DNA of 59,943 bases from a virus (lineage: Duplodnaviria > Caudoviricetes): positions 1 to 59,943 of the IMG/VR virus record IMGVR_UViG_3300036760_000042. The stretch is one strand, 5' to 3'. Under the pieces are notes generated by a model, which saw only the letters and a program-made list of their open reading frames with translations, did no database searches and was not told the origin of the DNA. Positions within the stretch are counted from its first letter, which is position 1; the number at the start of each line of letters is the position of its first letter. Both the position numbers and the translations under genes were made by a program. Positions 27,471 through 39,200 of this stretch are shown here, one piece after another.

Positions 27471-30001
27471 CCACTATCCCGCTGCCAAGACTGCCTCGGC
27501 GGCAGGGGAAGGGCCTCTCTAGCTGGGACGAGATGTCGGCCTACGGGTCTGAGGTCGACAAGACGCTCAAGGACATCGTCAACTCGCTCTCCGCTGCCGG
27601 GAGGCTGCTCCAGAGGCTTACCGCAAACACTACGCCGCTCCTCGGCCACGGGCTGACGTTTGATGCCACCCTGCCTTCGGACTTGGCGGCGAGCAAGGCG
27701 GCGGGGACATCTGAGTTTGCCTCCCACGTCGACCACGTCCACCGGTTCCCGACCTCGCTGATGGAGTACACGCACAGCGACCGTCTCACTCTCACTTCAG
27801 ATGGAGCGGACCTAACCCTAACGCCGTCTCGCGCACTCAGCGATGTAATCTTTAACACTCAGGCTGGCCTCCCGATGCTGCGGCTGCATTCGGAATGGGT
27901 CGAGGGGTTCACCACCGCAGGCGCGGTGGTGACTGGCCATGCTTTGATTGGGCGCGGCGCTCCATTCCCATACGACCCTGACCCGCTACCGACATCCATT
28001 CTGAGGTTGTACGACAGTTGCTCTCTGCAAATCCTTGAGTCGGCAGATCCAGTCTATGGGCTTGCGATAGGCACTGGGCTGGACATTGTAATAAATGTTG
28101 ATGCACCAATGGGTGGTCAAACGTGTACTGCCGTAAGTGCTGTCCTTAACTACTTCACCCCGTTTGACCCTGACCACTTCGGAGGGGATGGCTGGGCCAG
28201 CACCGTAGGGCTGTTCAGGGCGCACGGGTCAGTCGGCGTCACCCTTGGTGGCTACGGCGAGTTTTCCGCAATCACAGCAGAACTCGATATACTGCTCACA
28301 GCACCCTCGCCTGCATGGGCGAACGTCACAGGCCTTGATATCGGGGGGCCGTTCCCAGATCGTGGCAGCGGTCTGGATATTTCTGGGCAAGTACCTCTCC
28401 GCAGCTATGGCATCCTCGTTAGAACCCCTGGTAATGGGACAACGAATTGGGCCGGGGTGTTCAACGGAGATGTTCAGGTTACTGATACCAACAAGTTAAT
28501 CTTCGGGGGAACCTACACAGCGCCGGGGTTCGCTGACGGGAGTGTAGCCAAGGGCATCAATTCGATTGCCCGTGGAGCAACGACAACCAACTTGATTGTC
28601 CAGCTAAACTCGGCCAACGAGTACGACATCCGTGCCAATTCGCTTGCTCCAGTTGCATCGGCAACAGCCAAGTCGCTGGGCCTGATAACGACTCAGGGTT
28701 GGGCCAGCATGTTCTTGGCAGACGCCGGGACGAAAACGCTGAAGCTGCTGGCGGCGAACTCTGGATCAGCGGGTGATTGGACGCTCACCCTCGACGTAGC
28801 GGGTGGCAATCGGACGCTGAGTTTCGGCGCTGGGGGAGCACTCCTCACCGACCGCCTCACGAGCGCGGGGGCGACGGTTGGGACGACGCTCGCCCTGACA
28901 TCGACCGCAACCATTGCCACCCTGACATGCAGCGTGGCAACGCTTCGGTTAGCCACTGTAACAGCGTTTGAACCAACAACAACGAATGTCCAAACGTGGG
29001 GCTCTAATATCAGACGCCCACTGAAGATATTCGCCGGGTCTGGCGGGATAGATTCAACAGGCGTCATTACATTGGGAGCGGCGGCAACAATTACAGGAAG
29101 TGTAATCCCAACGCTTGATAACACATCTTACTGTGGGGATGCCACGCACCGCTGGTTCGGCCTGTTCTCCACACAAATATTTCTTGCTGATGTAACAGCC
29201 CCGGCTTACAATGTGTCGCTTGTTTCGGTATCAGCAGGTGCCGGATTCACCGCTGACCGCGAACTCTCATTGATTCTTGACGACTCTAACCGCACTTTAA
29301 CGCTCACCGGCAACGCCACCCTGAACCAGGATGTCTCAACCGCCGGGAGCCCCGAGTTTGTCGATCTCAACCTGAACGACACGGCTTCAGCCTTCCGCAC
29401 AACACTTCGCAGCACGAGTTCTACCGCCCTTACCGCCGACCGCGTGCTGACGCTCGACGTGGTGAACGCGGCGCGGACGCTGAAGCTCTCCGGCAACGCC
29501 ACCCTGGACCAGGATGTCTCAACTATCGCAGACGCCTCATTCAACACCCTGAAGCTCGCAGACTCCTTGAAGCTCCTCGACATCGGCACGGCGAAATACC
29601 TCGTCCTGAAGTCGAACTCCACCGCCGACATGACGGCAGATCGCACCCTGACTGTAGACATGGCAAATCAGTCATGGACAGTAACCTTCAACGGGAGTCC
29701 GACTCTTGGAGACTGGTTCAACCAGGACGAGAAGACGACGGCCTCGCCAACCCACGTCGGCATGACGCTAACGGGGGATCTGTCGGTTCAGGGCAACACG
29801 ACCATCGGGAACGCTTCTTCAGACACACTCCGAATCAACGCCGGGAGTGCGGCAGGTGCGCCTTCCACTACGGCGGGTACGGCAATCGCGAATTATTATG
29901 GGAGCAGCGCCACGAACTTCCTTGGCGATCCATCCAAGTGGCTAATCATTACGGCAAGCGATGGCGTCCAATATACGATTCCGCTGTACCCTGCGGCATA
30001 G
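27467..30001 (+). CDS. Tail fibre / receptor-binding protein
   Basis: GTGA-coupled start; SHVDHVH motif; Thr/Ala/Gly-rich with about 61-aa ADRxLTL repeats. Confidence 0.7.
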   Translation: MTTIPLPRLPRRQGKGLSSWDEMSAYGSEVDKTLKDIVNSLSAAGRLLQRLTANTTPLLGHGLTFDATLPSDLAASKAAGTSEFASHVDHVHRFPTSLMEYTHSDRLTLTSDGADLTLTPSRALSDVIFNTQAGLPMLRLHSEWVEGFTTAGAVVTGHALIGRGAPFPYDPDPLPTSILRLYDSCSLQILESADPVYGLAIGTGLDIVINVDAPMGGQTCTAVSAVLNYFTPFDPDHFGGDGWASTVGLFRAHGSVGVTLGGYGEFSAITAELDILLTAPSPAWANVTGLDIGGPFPDRGSGLDISGQVPLRSYGILVRTPGNGTTNWAGVFNGDVQVTDTNKLIFGGTYTAPGFADGSVAKGINSIARGATTTNLIVQLNSANEYDIRANSLAPVASATAKSLGLITTQGWASMFLADAGTKTLKLLAANSGSAGDWTLTLDVAGGNRTLSFGAGGALLTDRLTSAGATVGTTLALTSTATIATLTCSVATLRLATVTAFEPTTTNVQTWGSNIRRPLKIFAGSGGIDSTGVITLGAAATITGSVIPTLDNTSYCGDATHRWFGLFSTQIFLADVTAPAYNVSLVSVSAGAGFTADRELSLILDDSNRTLTLTGNATLNQDVSTAGSPEFVDLNLNDTASAFRTTLRSTSSTALTADRVLTLDVVNAARTLKLSGNATLDQDVSTIADASFNTLKLADSLKLLDIGTAKYLVLKSNSTADMTADRTLTVDMANQSWTVTFNGSPTLGDWFNQDEKTTASPTHVGMTLTGDLSVQGNTTIGNASSDTLRINAGSAAGAPSTTAGTAIANYYGSSATNFLGDPSKWLIITASDGVQYTIPLYPAA

Positions 30002-30072
30002 GAGTCAAACATGACCCTCACCGATCTCGAAGACATCATCAGAACGCTGGCCAAACTTTCTGGGAGAATCGC

Positions 30073-30333
30073 ATGACACTCGACCTCAAACTCGAACCCA
30101 TCGAACTTTCCCTCCTCGTGGCCCACCTGAGCCGCCAAGACGTGATGATCCCTCAACTCTGGTCTGCGCCGATGGTGCGGCTCCAGACGAAGGTTGCCGC
30201 ACTAGCCCAGCGGGCGGCAGAAGAGGCCCAGAGCACAGGGCGGGCGCAGGGGCCGACTCCCGATGTCTCCCCATCGGTGAGCGCCCCTGCGCCTATATTT
30301 GAGGCAGGAGAGGCTCTGGATGGGGCTGACTGA
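30073..30333 (+). CDS. Hypothetical protein
   Basis: GGAG RBS; MTLDLKLEP start. Confidence 0.55.
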   Translation: MTLDLKLEPIELSLLVAHLSRQDVMIPQLWSAPMVRLQTKVAALAQRAAEEAQSTGRAQGPTPDVSPSVSAPAPIFEAGEALDGAD

Positions 30334-31429
30334 GTACTTAGGGGCGCACCGCAACGAGAATGCCGAAGACAGGTACCGCAACCGCCTGTCCGGCATCGCT
30401 GGGCCGAAGGAGTATCTCAAGCGGGCAGACCGCAACGAGGCCATCCTTAACGCTCTGCAGGAGCCGTTCTTTGCCGCCCAGCAGCGGGCCTCCCAGTCGG
30501 GGGCCGACACGCTCCGCAGGGTCCTTGGCGGTGACATCGGCCAGATGGGCGGTGCCCCTGAGCTTGCCGCCTCCCTTGGCCTCGATGAGGTCGGTAACCG
30601 GGACCCCAGACCACCGGTTCTGGACAAGAACTACCGGGACAACGCAGTTCTGCTGGACAAGGGTAGGGTGCGCAGCGGGGATAACGACAGGCCGTCAGCC
30701 AAAAAGCAAATGCTTCGGCATATGTTGAGCGACTCCAGCTTGGTGTTGCCACTAGGCCCCAACAACCTCCAAGGGCCGAAGGAGTTTCTTGGTGGCCTCT
30801 TCCACAACGACCCACGGGTTGACCGGCAGGACGAGGGCTGGAGGGCGCGGAAGCCACCGGCCACGTGGCGGGACGACTCTCAGATGTCGCCAGAGGGCGT
30901 CGGATTCGACCCCTACGGACAGCCTGGCAAGCGCATCACGAGCCGCTCGATGACAAACCTCGGCGACTTCAGGCTGACGCCGGATGCCATTGATGGCCCC
31001 GGGGCCATTGCCAATGCGCAGAAGCAACTGAACTCTGACGCATGGCGGAGCTTCTACCAGCAGGCCATCCAGAGCGGGATGGAGGAGGCCGGACTGAGCC
31101 AAGAGGCGCAACTGGCGGGGATGGCTGGCCAGCCGTGGGTCCAGAAGCCGATAGGCATGAGTGTCTGGGGGCCGTTCATCCATGACCTGCTGATGAAGGC
31201 GGCGCAGTACGGTATGGGCGGCATCGGAGGCGGGGCCGGGGCAGCCGCAGGCGCGGCAGGAGGCGCAGCAGGAGGCGCGGCAGGCGCGGGTGGCGGCTTC
31301 AACCTGTCCAGCATGATGAATGGCGCTGGTGGCGGCTTCGATTATTCGTCGCTCATGAACATGGCCCAACAGCAGCAGCCCCGGCAGCAAAACCAAGACA
31401 TGAGGCCAAGGTACGGCCCGTATCAGTAG
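30320..31429 (+). CDS. Putative internal virion (ejection) protein
   Basis: Gly/Ala/Gln-rich; position before the giant protein. Confidence 0.6.
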   Translation: MGLTEYLGAHRNENAEDRYRNRLSGIAGPKEYLKRADRNEAILNALQEPFFAAQQRASQSGADTLRRVLGGDIGQMGGAPELAASLGLDEVGNRDPRPPVLDKNYRDNAVLLDKGRVRSGDNDRPSAKKQMLRHMLSDSSLVLPLGPNNLQGPKEFLGGLFHNDPRVDRQDEGWRARKPPATWRDDSQMSPEGVGFDPYGQPGKRITSRSMTNLGDFRLTPDAIDGPGAIANAQKQLNSDAWRSFYQQAIQSGMEEAGLSQEAQLAGMAGQPWVQKPIGMSVWGPFIHDLLMKAAQYGMGGIGGGAGAAAGAAGGAAGGAAGAGGGFNLSSMMNGAGGGFDYSSLMNMAQQQQPRQQNQDMRPRYGPYQ

Positions 31430-31438
31430 GGGTGGACT

Positions 31439-32011
31439 ATGGGTGCAGCAGGGACATCGGCGGGCGGCGGACTCGGTAGCATCTTCACCAACTGGGGCAG
31501 CTACCTCTCGGGTCGACGTGCGGCTGGGGACGCAAGCCGGATGCGCGGTCGGCTGTCTGGAATGACCGGCCCGAAGGAGTTCTGGAAGCGCACTGACCAG
31601 TTCCTCCCGAAGAACATCAGGGCGCAAGAGATGGGCCGGGCCAGCGCAGCAGATGCGCTTGCAGGTCAGGAAGCCAATCAGCTTGCCAGCATCAACACCG
31701 CCGCTGGGCGCTCTGGGCTTGGCGGGAGCGGTGCGTATCTAATGGCTCGGGCGGGCGCGATGCAGGGCCGTCAAAGCGGGCTGAATCAGGCGCTCATGCA
31801 GAAGTATCAGCAGGCGATGGCAGAGGCCCAGAAGCAGGCGCGGATTTCGCAGATGGGTCAGGCAAAGGCTCTCGCATCGGTGCCCTCCACCGACGGCGGG
31901 TCGTTCTGGGAGGCACCGCTCGGGTTCGTGGGCGACCTCCTGAACAGCTATCAGGGTCCGTCGGGGGGTGGTGGCGGGGGCGGAATGATGAAGGGCATGG
32001 GCGGCGGCTAG
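31439..32011 (+). CDS. Putative DNA ejection (pilot) protein
   Basis: Gly/Ala/Gln-rich; AAGRSGLGGSGA motif typical of podovirus ejection proteins. Confidence 0.65.
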   Translation: MGAAGTSAGGGLGSIFTNWGSYLSGRRAAGDASRMRGRLSGMTGPKEFWKRTDQFLPKNIRAQEMGRASAADALAGQEANQLASINTAAGRSGLGGSGAYLMARAGAMQGRQSGLNQALMQKYQQAMAEAQKQARISQMGQAKALASVPSTDGGSFWEAPLGFVGDLLNSYQGPSGGGGGGGMMKGMGGG

Positions 32012-32020
32012 GGGGTAGCG

Positions 32021-33208
32021 ATGGGGTTCATGGACCAGATGCAGCGACCCGTTCGGTTTGGGCCGCAGTTCGACTACGGTGGAGAACCACAGCAGGACGA
32101 TGGCGCGAGCGTACTGCGAGACCTCGGCGTGGGCCAGCCGTCAGCCCCGCAAGAGGACCCCGAGTATGCCGCTCGCATGCAGAGGAATCAGGATACCCGC
32201 CAGCACCGTGGCGACATCATGGCCCAGTTGGACCAGATGCTGAGTCAGCCGCGCCCCCAACAGCCGAACATGAAGCCGTCGTTCATGCAGACGATGGGTA
32301 TGGCGGCCCTGCCGGGCCTCGGGCAGGTATTCGCGAGCAACCGCATGCGCCCGTACCAGCAGGCCATGGAGCAGCGCCAAGGCGGCATAGAGGACCTCAC
32401 GGCACGGCTGGGGCTGTATCCAGACCCCGGGGAGAACAACTACCGCGCTGGTGGGCAGGGAGCTATCTTCGGTGAATACGGGAACACCAAGCTGCTTCCG
32501 CAACAGCCAGGACTGCCGCCGAACCCATGGGATACATTGAACACCCCCGGAGGATTCCGTAAGCGCAACGCGGACAACACCGACTGGGAGTTTGTGGAAA
32601 CCGACCCCGACCGCAGCAGAGACTACGCCTCAGAAGGAACGAGCTTCGGGTACCGGATGCGCGGGATCAACCGCTACGAGCCGGGCGACCCGAGGTACGC
32701 TCAAGAAGAGAAGGTGGTGGGGCGGTTCAGGCAGTTCAATCAAACAGAAGACGAGAGCGCAGAAGAGCGGCGAGTCGGCGATGGGGCAGCAAAGGCCGAA
32801 AGAGAGAAGATCGAGTCCAAAAACTACGGGGGCGCGACGTTGACCCCGGAGCAAGAGCAGCAAATCAGCCGGGCGAGGTTCGCTGCGATAGACTCGCTCC
32901 GGGCCATCATGGAGCAGCGCCGGGCGGCAGCAGCAAACCCCCATGCCCTGAACCCCGGAGGGGCGGTGTCCACCGGCAACCCGGACATGGACGCCTACCT
33001 GCAAGAGCACCCAGAGATGTTGAACATCCCCCCGGACCAGCGCAACGCCGCCATCAAGGCCCGGCTGCTCGCGGAAGAGGGAGCCGGTGGCGGGGGCCAG
33101 CGGAATAACCCTCCGTCACCGTGGCTGCAGAATCCGGGCGAGCCACAGTTCGACCCCAACGACTTCTCCTCGTACATGCGTCGTCGAGGCGGTAGCCCCA
33201 CCCCATAG
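32021..33208 (+). CDS. Putative internal virion protein
   Basis: Gln/Pro-rich; position in the ejection module. Confidence 0.6.
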   Translation: MGFMDQMQRPVRFGPQFDYGGEPQQDDGASVLRDLGVGQPSAPQEDPEYAARMQRNQDTRQHRGDIMAQLDQMLSQPRPQQPNMKPSFMQTMGMAALPGLGQVFASNRMRPYQQAMEQRQGGIEDLTARLGLYPDPGENNYRAGGQGAIFGEYGNTKLLPQQPGLPPNPWDTLNTPGGFRKRNADNTDWEFVETDPDRSRDYASEGTSFGYRMRGINRYEPGDPRYAQEEKVVGRFRQFNQTEDESAEERRVGDGAAKAEREKIESKNYGGATLTPEQEQQISRARFAAIDSLRAIMEQRRAAAANPHALNPGGAVSTGNPDMDAYLQEHPEMLNIPPDQRNAAIKARLLAEEGAGGGGQRNNPPSPWLQNPGEPQFDPNDFSSYMRRRGGSPTP

Positions 33209-33223
33209 AAGGAGGGGCCGCAG

Positions 33224-36200
33224 GTGTCCTCAGACCCGCAACTCGACGCACTCCTTAGGCGCAGGGCGGAGCGCCGCCAAGCGGCGTCGCAGGCGCAAGC
33301 ATCCATCCAGCCGCAACTGTCGTTCCGCTCCGACCCGGCTGGACCGGCACCGCTCGGGCCTCCCTACTATCCCGAGGCCGGGGACGCGGGGGCTTCGGCA
33401 GTCGCCCGGCTGCAGGCAGCCACGCCAAAGTTCGTTGCGCCAGCGCCGCCAGCGCGCTTGGACTTCCCGACGCTTTACGACCTTGAGGAGCGATTCAAGT
33501 CAATCCCGAGCGCGGTGTCGGGCCTCGTGCGAGACCCGGGACAACTCCTGAGGCCTGAGACTTGGCAGGGACCGGAAGCCAAGGCCATGGACTACCGGAA
33601 CATGCCCATGCCATCGAGTGGGTCTACCTACGCGATGGACCGGGTCCGCGAAGACCTGAAAACCGGCTCCGGTGTCGGAGTGCAGGCTGGACGGGTCATG
33701 CGAGACCTGCTCGGGGCAGACATGAGCGATGTGCTGCCGGGAATGGCGCGGGATCAAATCTCGATGATTCGGAATGCGCCGCGAATTAGCTCAAACCTCG
33801 GGAAGGAACTCGCCTATGGAGCGATGGGAGGCATCGGCAGCGCCGTCGAATCCGTTGCTGACGCGGAACCCGGGGAATCCGCCCTGTCTCAGTTGGCTCA
33901 AGCCGGGCACGAAGCGGTGCAAAATAAATACCGGCGCACGCCAGAGTGGCTCCAAGAGCAGGCCCACCCAAGGCAGTTCCCTCGCTTGCCGGGGGGGCCG
34001 ATAACGCAGACCAAGATCCCTGAGGACCCCTACGGTCCTTCGTACATTCACGGGGCAGGGCGAAGAGCCACACGCGGCGAAGAAATCCTGATGGACACGG
34101 CTCATGGCATCGGTGGGTTTAGCGTTATGCCCGCCACGATCCCGTCAGGAGTGCTGGGGTCCGCGTACTACGACGTAAAGCAGGCGGGGATGATGGGCGC
34201 GGACCTGCCCGCAACTGCCGCGACGATAGCCATGGCCATCTCCAAGCTGGGCAGCGCCGAGCAGGGCAAGCTCTGGCCGATGTTCAAAGAGACCATGTCG
34301 AAGATGCCGGGGCATCGGACCCTTGAAGAGTTCAAGGGCATCCTCGCGGGGTTGATCCCGTCGGCGGTAGACATTGCCAGTGCAGGAGCGAAGCCTGAGC
34401 GCCTGTCCAACGAGAGCGAGACTCAATTCCAGAATCGGCAAGAGGTGATGGCTCACGACAGTCTGGCACAGTCGGTCGCCAACGTGGCGCTGACTGGCGG
34501 TGTTGTCGGTTCAATGGTCAGGCCAGCCATCGGGAGAAATCTCGCCGAGCGCCGAGCCACCGGCCTTGAGCAGCGCATGGCTGACGACATCTCAGGCAAG
34601 AAGCCCTTTCCTGCCGACCAGCGAGAGGCCACGCACGAGCGGCTCAGGCAGGAACTGGACGAGTCCCTTTACAAGACGCAGAAGCCTCAGGGGAAGGCGG
34701 AATCTAACGAGGAGTACGTTGCGAGGATTCAAGAGGCCATCGGCTCGCGGCTGGACCGTGCTGCGGGCGTTCCGCCCAACATGCCGGACTTCATTCGCGA
34801 CATCGCCACGCTGCGCCTTGAGAGCAAGCACCCGATGACAGATGCCGACCTTCTGGAGACCGAGCGGCTCGCAGAGCCTGACGTGCTGACTCCGTCGCAA
34901 GTGAAGGGCGTGGCAGAGCGCGAGCGCGAGGCGCTGCCAGTGACGACGCCGTCAATGCTCAAGGGCGGGGACGTCATCGAATCCAACCGCAAGCGGGTCG
35001 AAGTGCTGCGCCAGAAGGCGGAGGCCGCAGGGATGCCGGTGCCATCCGAGGGAGTTCTGCCGACGCCCACCGGAACGGTCGGGGAAGTGAAAGCCGGGTC
35101 CGGCATCGGAGGCTTGGTTCCTAGGCGCGAGGTTGACGAGCAGGGATTCTTCAGCCCGATCATCGAGGGAATAAAAACAGGGCTTGCGAAGGGCCACCCG
35201 CAGTACTGGATGAACCACCTTGCGAAGTTCGGTGGCGCGAAGGAAGAGGCCAAGTGGGCCGGGCTTGATGACTTCCTGAAAACCAAGGATTCCTTCACGA
35301 GAGAAGAACTCGACACGTTCATGCTCGCTAACAAGATCGAGGTCGAGGAGAAGTGGCACTCCAATGCGTCGGACGACAATCCCGAGCTAGACGCTCTGCA
35401 TGGCGACGTAAGCAACGCAGAAGAAGGCGTCGTCATTGCTCGCGAGGGCTACCGCGATGAAGTCCTTGACCGCTTCGACGTCGACATTGAAGGCTTTACC
35501 GACCGAGATCGAGGCGATCTCATCGCCGACGCGGAGGCTGCCCTTGCCGATGCGCGCACTGAACTGGAGGATTATCAGCGGGAGCAGCCCAGAGACACGA
35601 AGTGGACTCAGTATACCGAGCAGACGCCGTCTTCGAGGCCCCCGGACGAGCAATTTGAATTGGTGCTGAGGTTGCCGGAGGGCGTGAAGGGCGAGCCAGA
35701 CCTGTCTGGGGGGACCAACCACTACCCCTACAAGAACCAAATCCTCCATGTCAGATTTAATGTCAGGCAGCGGCCTGACGGAAAGTCCGGCATCTTCTTG
35801 GACGAGGCGCAGAGCGACCAAGGGCAGCGTGGCAGGGACAAGGGGTTCCGCAAGATTGGGGCCGACGCCGGGCCTGAGCTTGGAAAGCTAAGGGAGCGAC
35901 TGAAGGCTGTCGAGGTCGAGCGCGAACGGCTGGTGATGGAGCGCGACGATCTTGGAGATAAGCGGTCTGAGCGGTTTAGGCAGTTAGACGAGGAGATTGT
36001 CAGGGATCTTGGCTACCGCTCAGCTAAAGACCTTCAGGATAAACACAATGCGGCCCGCGCAGCGGCCATGAGGTATGAAGCGGGGTCCGGCCTCCCATGG
36101 GAGAAGCTCTCAGACGACAAGGCCGAGGCACTGCGGCGGCACAATAAGGCCCTTCTTGAAGACCCGACCGTCGTGGAGTTGGACCGCAGGCGCGAGGAGC

Positions 36201-39200
36201 TAGACTCGCTTTATGACGAAGCCACTGCGGAGGCGGGGAGGGCAACCAAGGCCCTGAGCGATTTCACGACTCGGCCAGCGGAGGCTCCATTCATTACAGA
36301 CACCCAGCAGTGGACTGCGCGTGCCCTGAAGAGGATGCTGCGTTACGCGGCAGAGAATGGCCATTCTTATATCGCGTGGACCAACGGCGAGCAGCAAACG
36401 CGGCGCTGGGCCGAGGCACTGCGCGCCAAAGTAGACACGCTGTGGTGGGAGAAAGTTGAGGGCGGGATCGCGCTGGCCGGGACCAAGAACGGCCAAGATG
36501 TCAAGCTGCCTGAGACCGCAAAGATCATCAAAGGCGCAGACTCACTTCGGGAGTCTATCGGGGCGGCAATGTCCCGGCAGATTCTGGACAGCCCGAACCA
36601 GTCGGGGACCATCACCGGGAAGGACCTTACCATCGACAGCGCTGGGATGAAGCACTACTACGATGTCGTCATGCCGAGCGTTATGGACAAGATCGCGAAG
36701 AAGTGGGGCGGCAAGGTCGTGTGGCGCGACATGGAGTTCGGCACAGAATACTCACCAAGGCTGCTGACCGGCCCGGAACTCTCTGCCAGAGAAATAGATG
36801 CCATCCGTGCTGTGTGGCCTGGCTCGGGGGGCGCTACACAAATGCTGCGACAGCACGAGGTTGAGGCGCGCAGGCGCACTTTGGATACCTTGGAAGTGCT
36901 GGCCAATGAAGTCGCGCAGGGGAAGTCTCTGCGGGAGGCGCTGGAGTCTCGGCTAACGAACATCGGCCCATACGGCTCCCCGGTAATCGGTCGAGACGTT
37001 CTGGGGGCCATCGGATGGAAGCTAGAGCGTCCCAATGAGACACAGCGAGTACCAATGATAGACATCACGCCCCAGATGCGCGAGGGGGCGATGGCGGGGT
37101 TCTCGCAGTTCTCTGGGGCTGACCCGAAGCTGATGATGCGTGCGCTTGATCACGGAATCCGGCTCCTGAAGGATGTCCCCGAGTTCGGAGCATGGGCATC
37201 TCGCATGATCCGAGAGATCGGCCCGGCCATTGGCCCGCACGTCAGGAAGCTCTACGAGCAGGCCAAGGGTGCAAAGCCAATAACGCTGGGCGCGAGCATG
37301 TCTCGCTCGGAGCGGTACGCTCAGGACATCCGAGACGGTGCCAAGATCGGCGAAGGCGATCACAAGTTCGTCGACTTCCAAGGAATATTCTCGAAAGGGA
37401 CATCAGAAGAGATCGCTGGCAAACCATGGGTCCAGAAGCTGACCGGCGTTCTGAGTGACGCCTACTCCGAGTACCGAAGGGAGGCCGAACGGCACGAGCC
37501 GTCCTTCGCGGAGGGTTCCGGCGGGCCGCGCTTCGCTGGCATTACTCCAGCGCCAGCATGGAAGGGCGTGAGCTTCTGGAAAGGCGACCTCGAAGGCACG
37601 CCAGGCGAGCGCGGCAACCTGTTCTCCTACGTCAATCCCTTCAGGGTAGTGTCCGACGTGGCGGAGGGGGTCGCGGGCGGCACCATCGCGGAGTCGCGCT
37701 CACGCGAGACCGCTGCCGACATGATGGCCAGCGTAACATTGCACGAGATGTTGCACCATCTTGACGACGCCCACACGCAGGTCCACGACTACGCGATGAC
37801 GGAGTACCCAGCATGGATACCCAGAGAGGTGCGCGCACGCATTACCACTTCCCTTGACGAGGTGTTACAATCAGAAGATACATGGAGAGAACTCAATGAC
37901 TATGCCAAACGAGCGACTCCGCACAGTTACAGAGGATCGGGAGTCGAGGTGGGCCATGGCGGGGCTGGCGGCGAACCTCGGGTCGGAGAAGCCATGCCTG
38001 CACTGCGCCCAGAGCATCCTCAGGCAGGCGAAGGCGGACGGGCTGGACTGGGAGGCGATCTACGAGGTGGCGGCGTCAATGAACAAGGACCGCCCGGTGC
38101 CGAGGCTCGGGGAAATCTCACCGGACAACGAGCCGCAGGCGCACTAGACCGCAACCCCCTCGATCTGTCCTCTGACCCCGAGATCCGGCGCTCTCAGATG
38201 CGAGAGGCCGAGGCCGCTATTCGCGCATGGCTGAACCCTCCCGCCAAGGCCGGGTCCGGCATAGGCGGTGTGGACTTCGAGAACCCACCGCTTGAGGCCT
38301 TCCTCAAGTGGGCGAAGGCGCTGAAAGAAGAAGGCGTCGACACGCTCGGCAAGCTCATGCCCATCGCCGTTGCGCGCTTCGGGCCGACTATCGCGGGCCG
38401 GATGCCGGAACTATACAAGCGCCTCCAAGGCGTTGAGTTCCTTCGCGGCCAAGAGCGACCCGGATTTCCGGGCGGACTCCTGTTCAGCAAGGGCGGTAAG
38501 CCATACGGGCTCCCTGAGGGAATAAGCACGCCAGCCAAGGTCCGTGGGCTTCAGGCACGGTTGAGCAACTTGGCCGAAGAGGGCCTCGCTGGCAAGGACT
38601 GGTACAGGCGCAGCGCTGATGCCATTTACGCATTCGTAGGCGGGGATCTGGCGCAGGCAAAGAAACTGGCGGGACTCATCGCGATCTTCTCGGCGAACCG
38701 CTCGCCCGTAGGAGAGATGCCGTCAGTGGCCGACGCATGGGCGATGCACGAGTCTGGACTCAAGCTAACGCAGGAGTCGGTCCACGTTACGGGGGACCAA
38801 CTCGCCAAGGCGCAGCGCTGGCTCGATAATGGAACGACGTGGGTGAATGACGAGCGCATCGACGCCGGGCAGGGTAAGAAGACATGGAGCTTCTACCAGA
38901 ACTTCCTTGAGCATCTTGACCCAGCAGACCCGATGGGACATCGCGGCGCAGGCAAGCGGGCCGTAACTGTAGATGTCTGGATCGCAAGGGCCATCGGATG
39001 GATGGGGACAGCCACAGAAATCGATCTGTCTGCCGGGCAGTATCGCGCTGCTCAGGCTCTGGTCCAAGCCGTGGCCGACAAGCTCGGACTCACTCCAAGC
39101 CAAGCGCAGGCGGCGATCTGGGCAGCGCAACAGGTCCGAGAAGGCGCAGACCTGAAGTCCATGGCCGAGGGCGACTTCAAGTCCTTGATGGAGCGTGGAT

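Noticed and set aside
29307-29523. Template/variable repeat pair of a diversity-generating retroelement
   Set aside because: Short in-frame structural repeat with one mismatch; no reverse transcriptase in the genome
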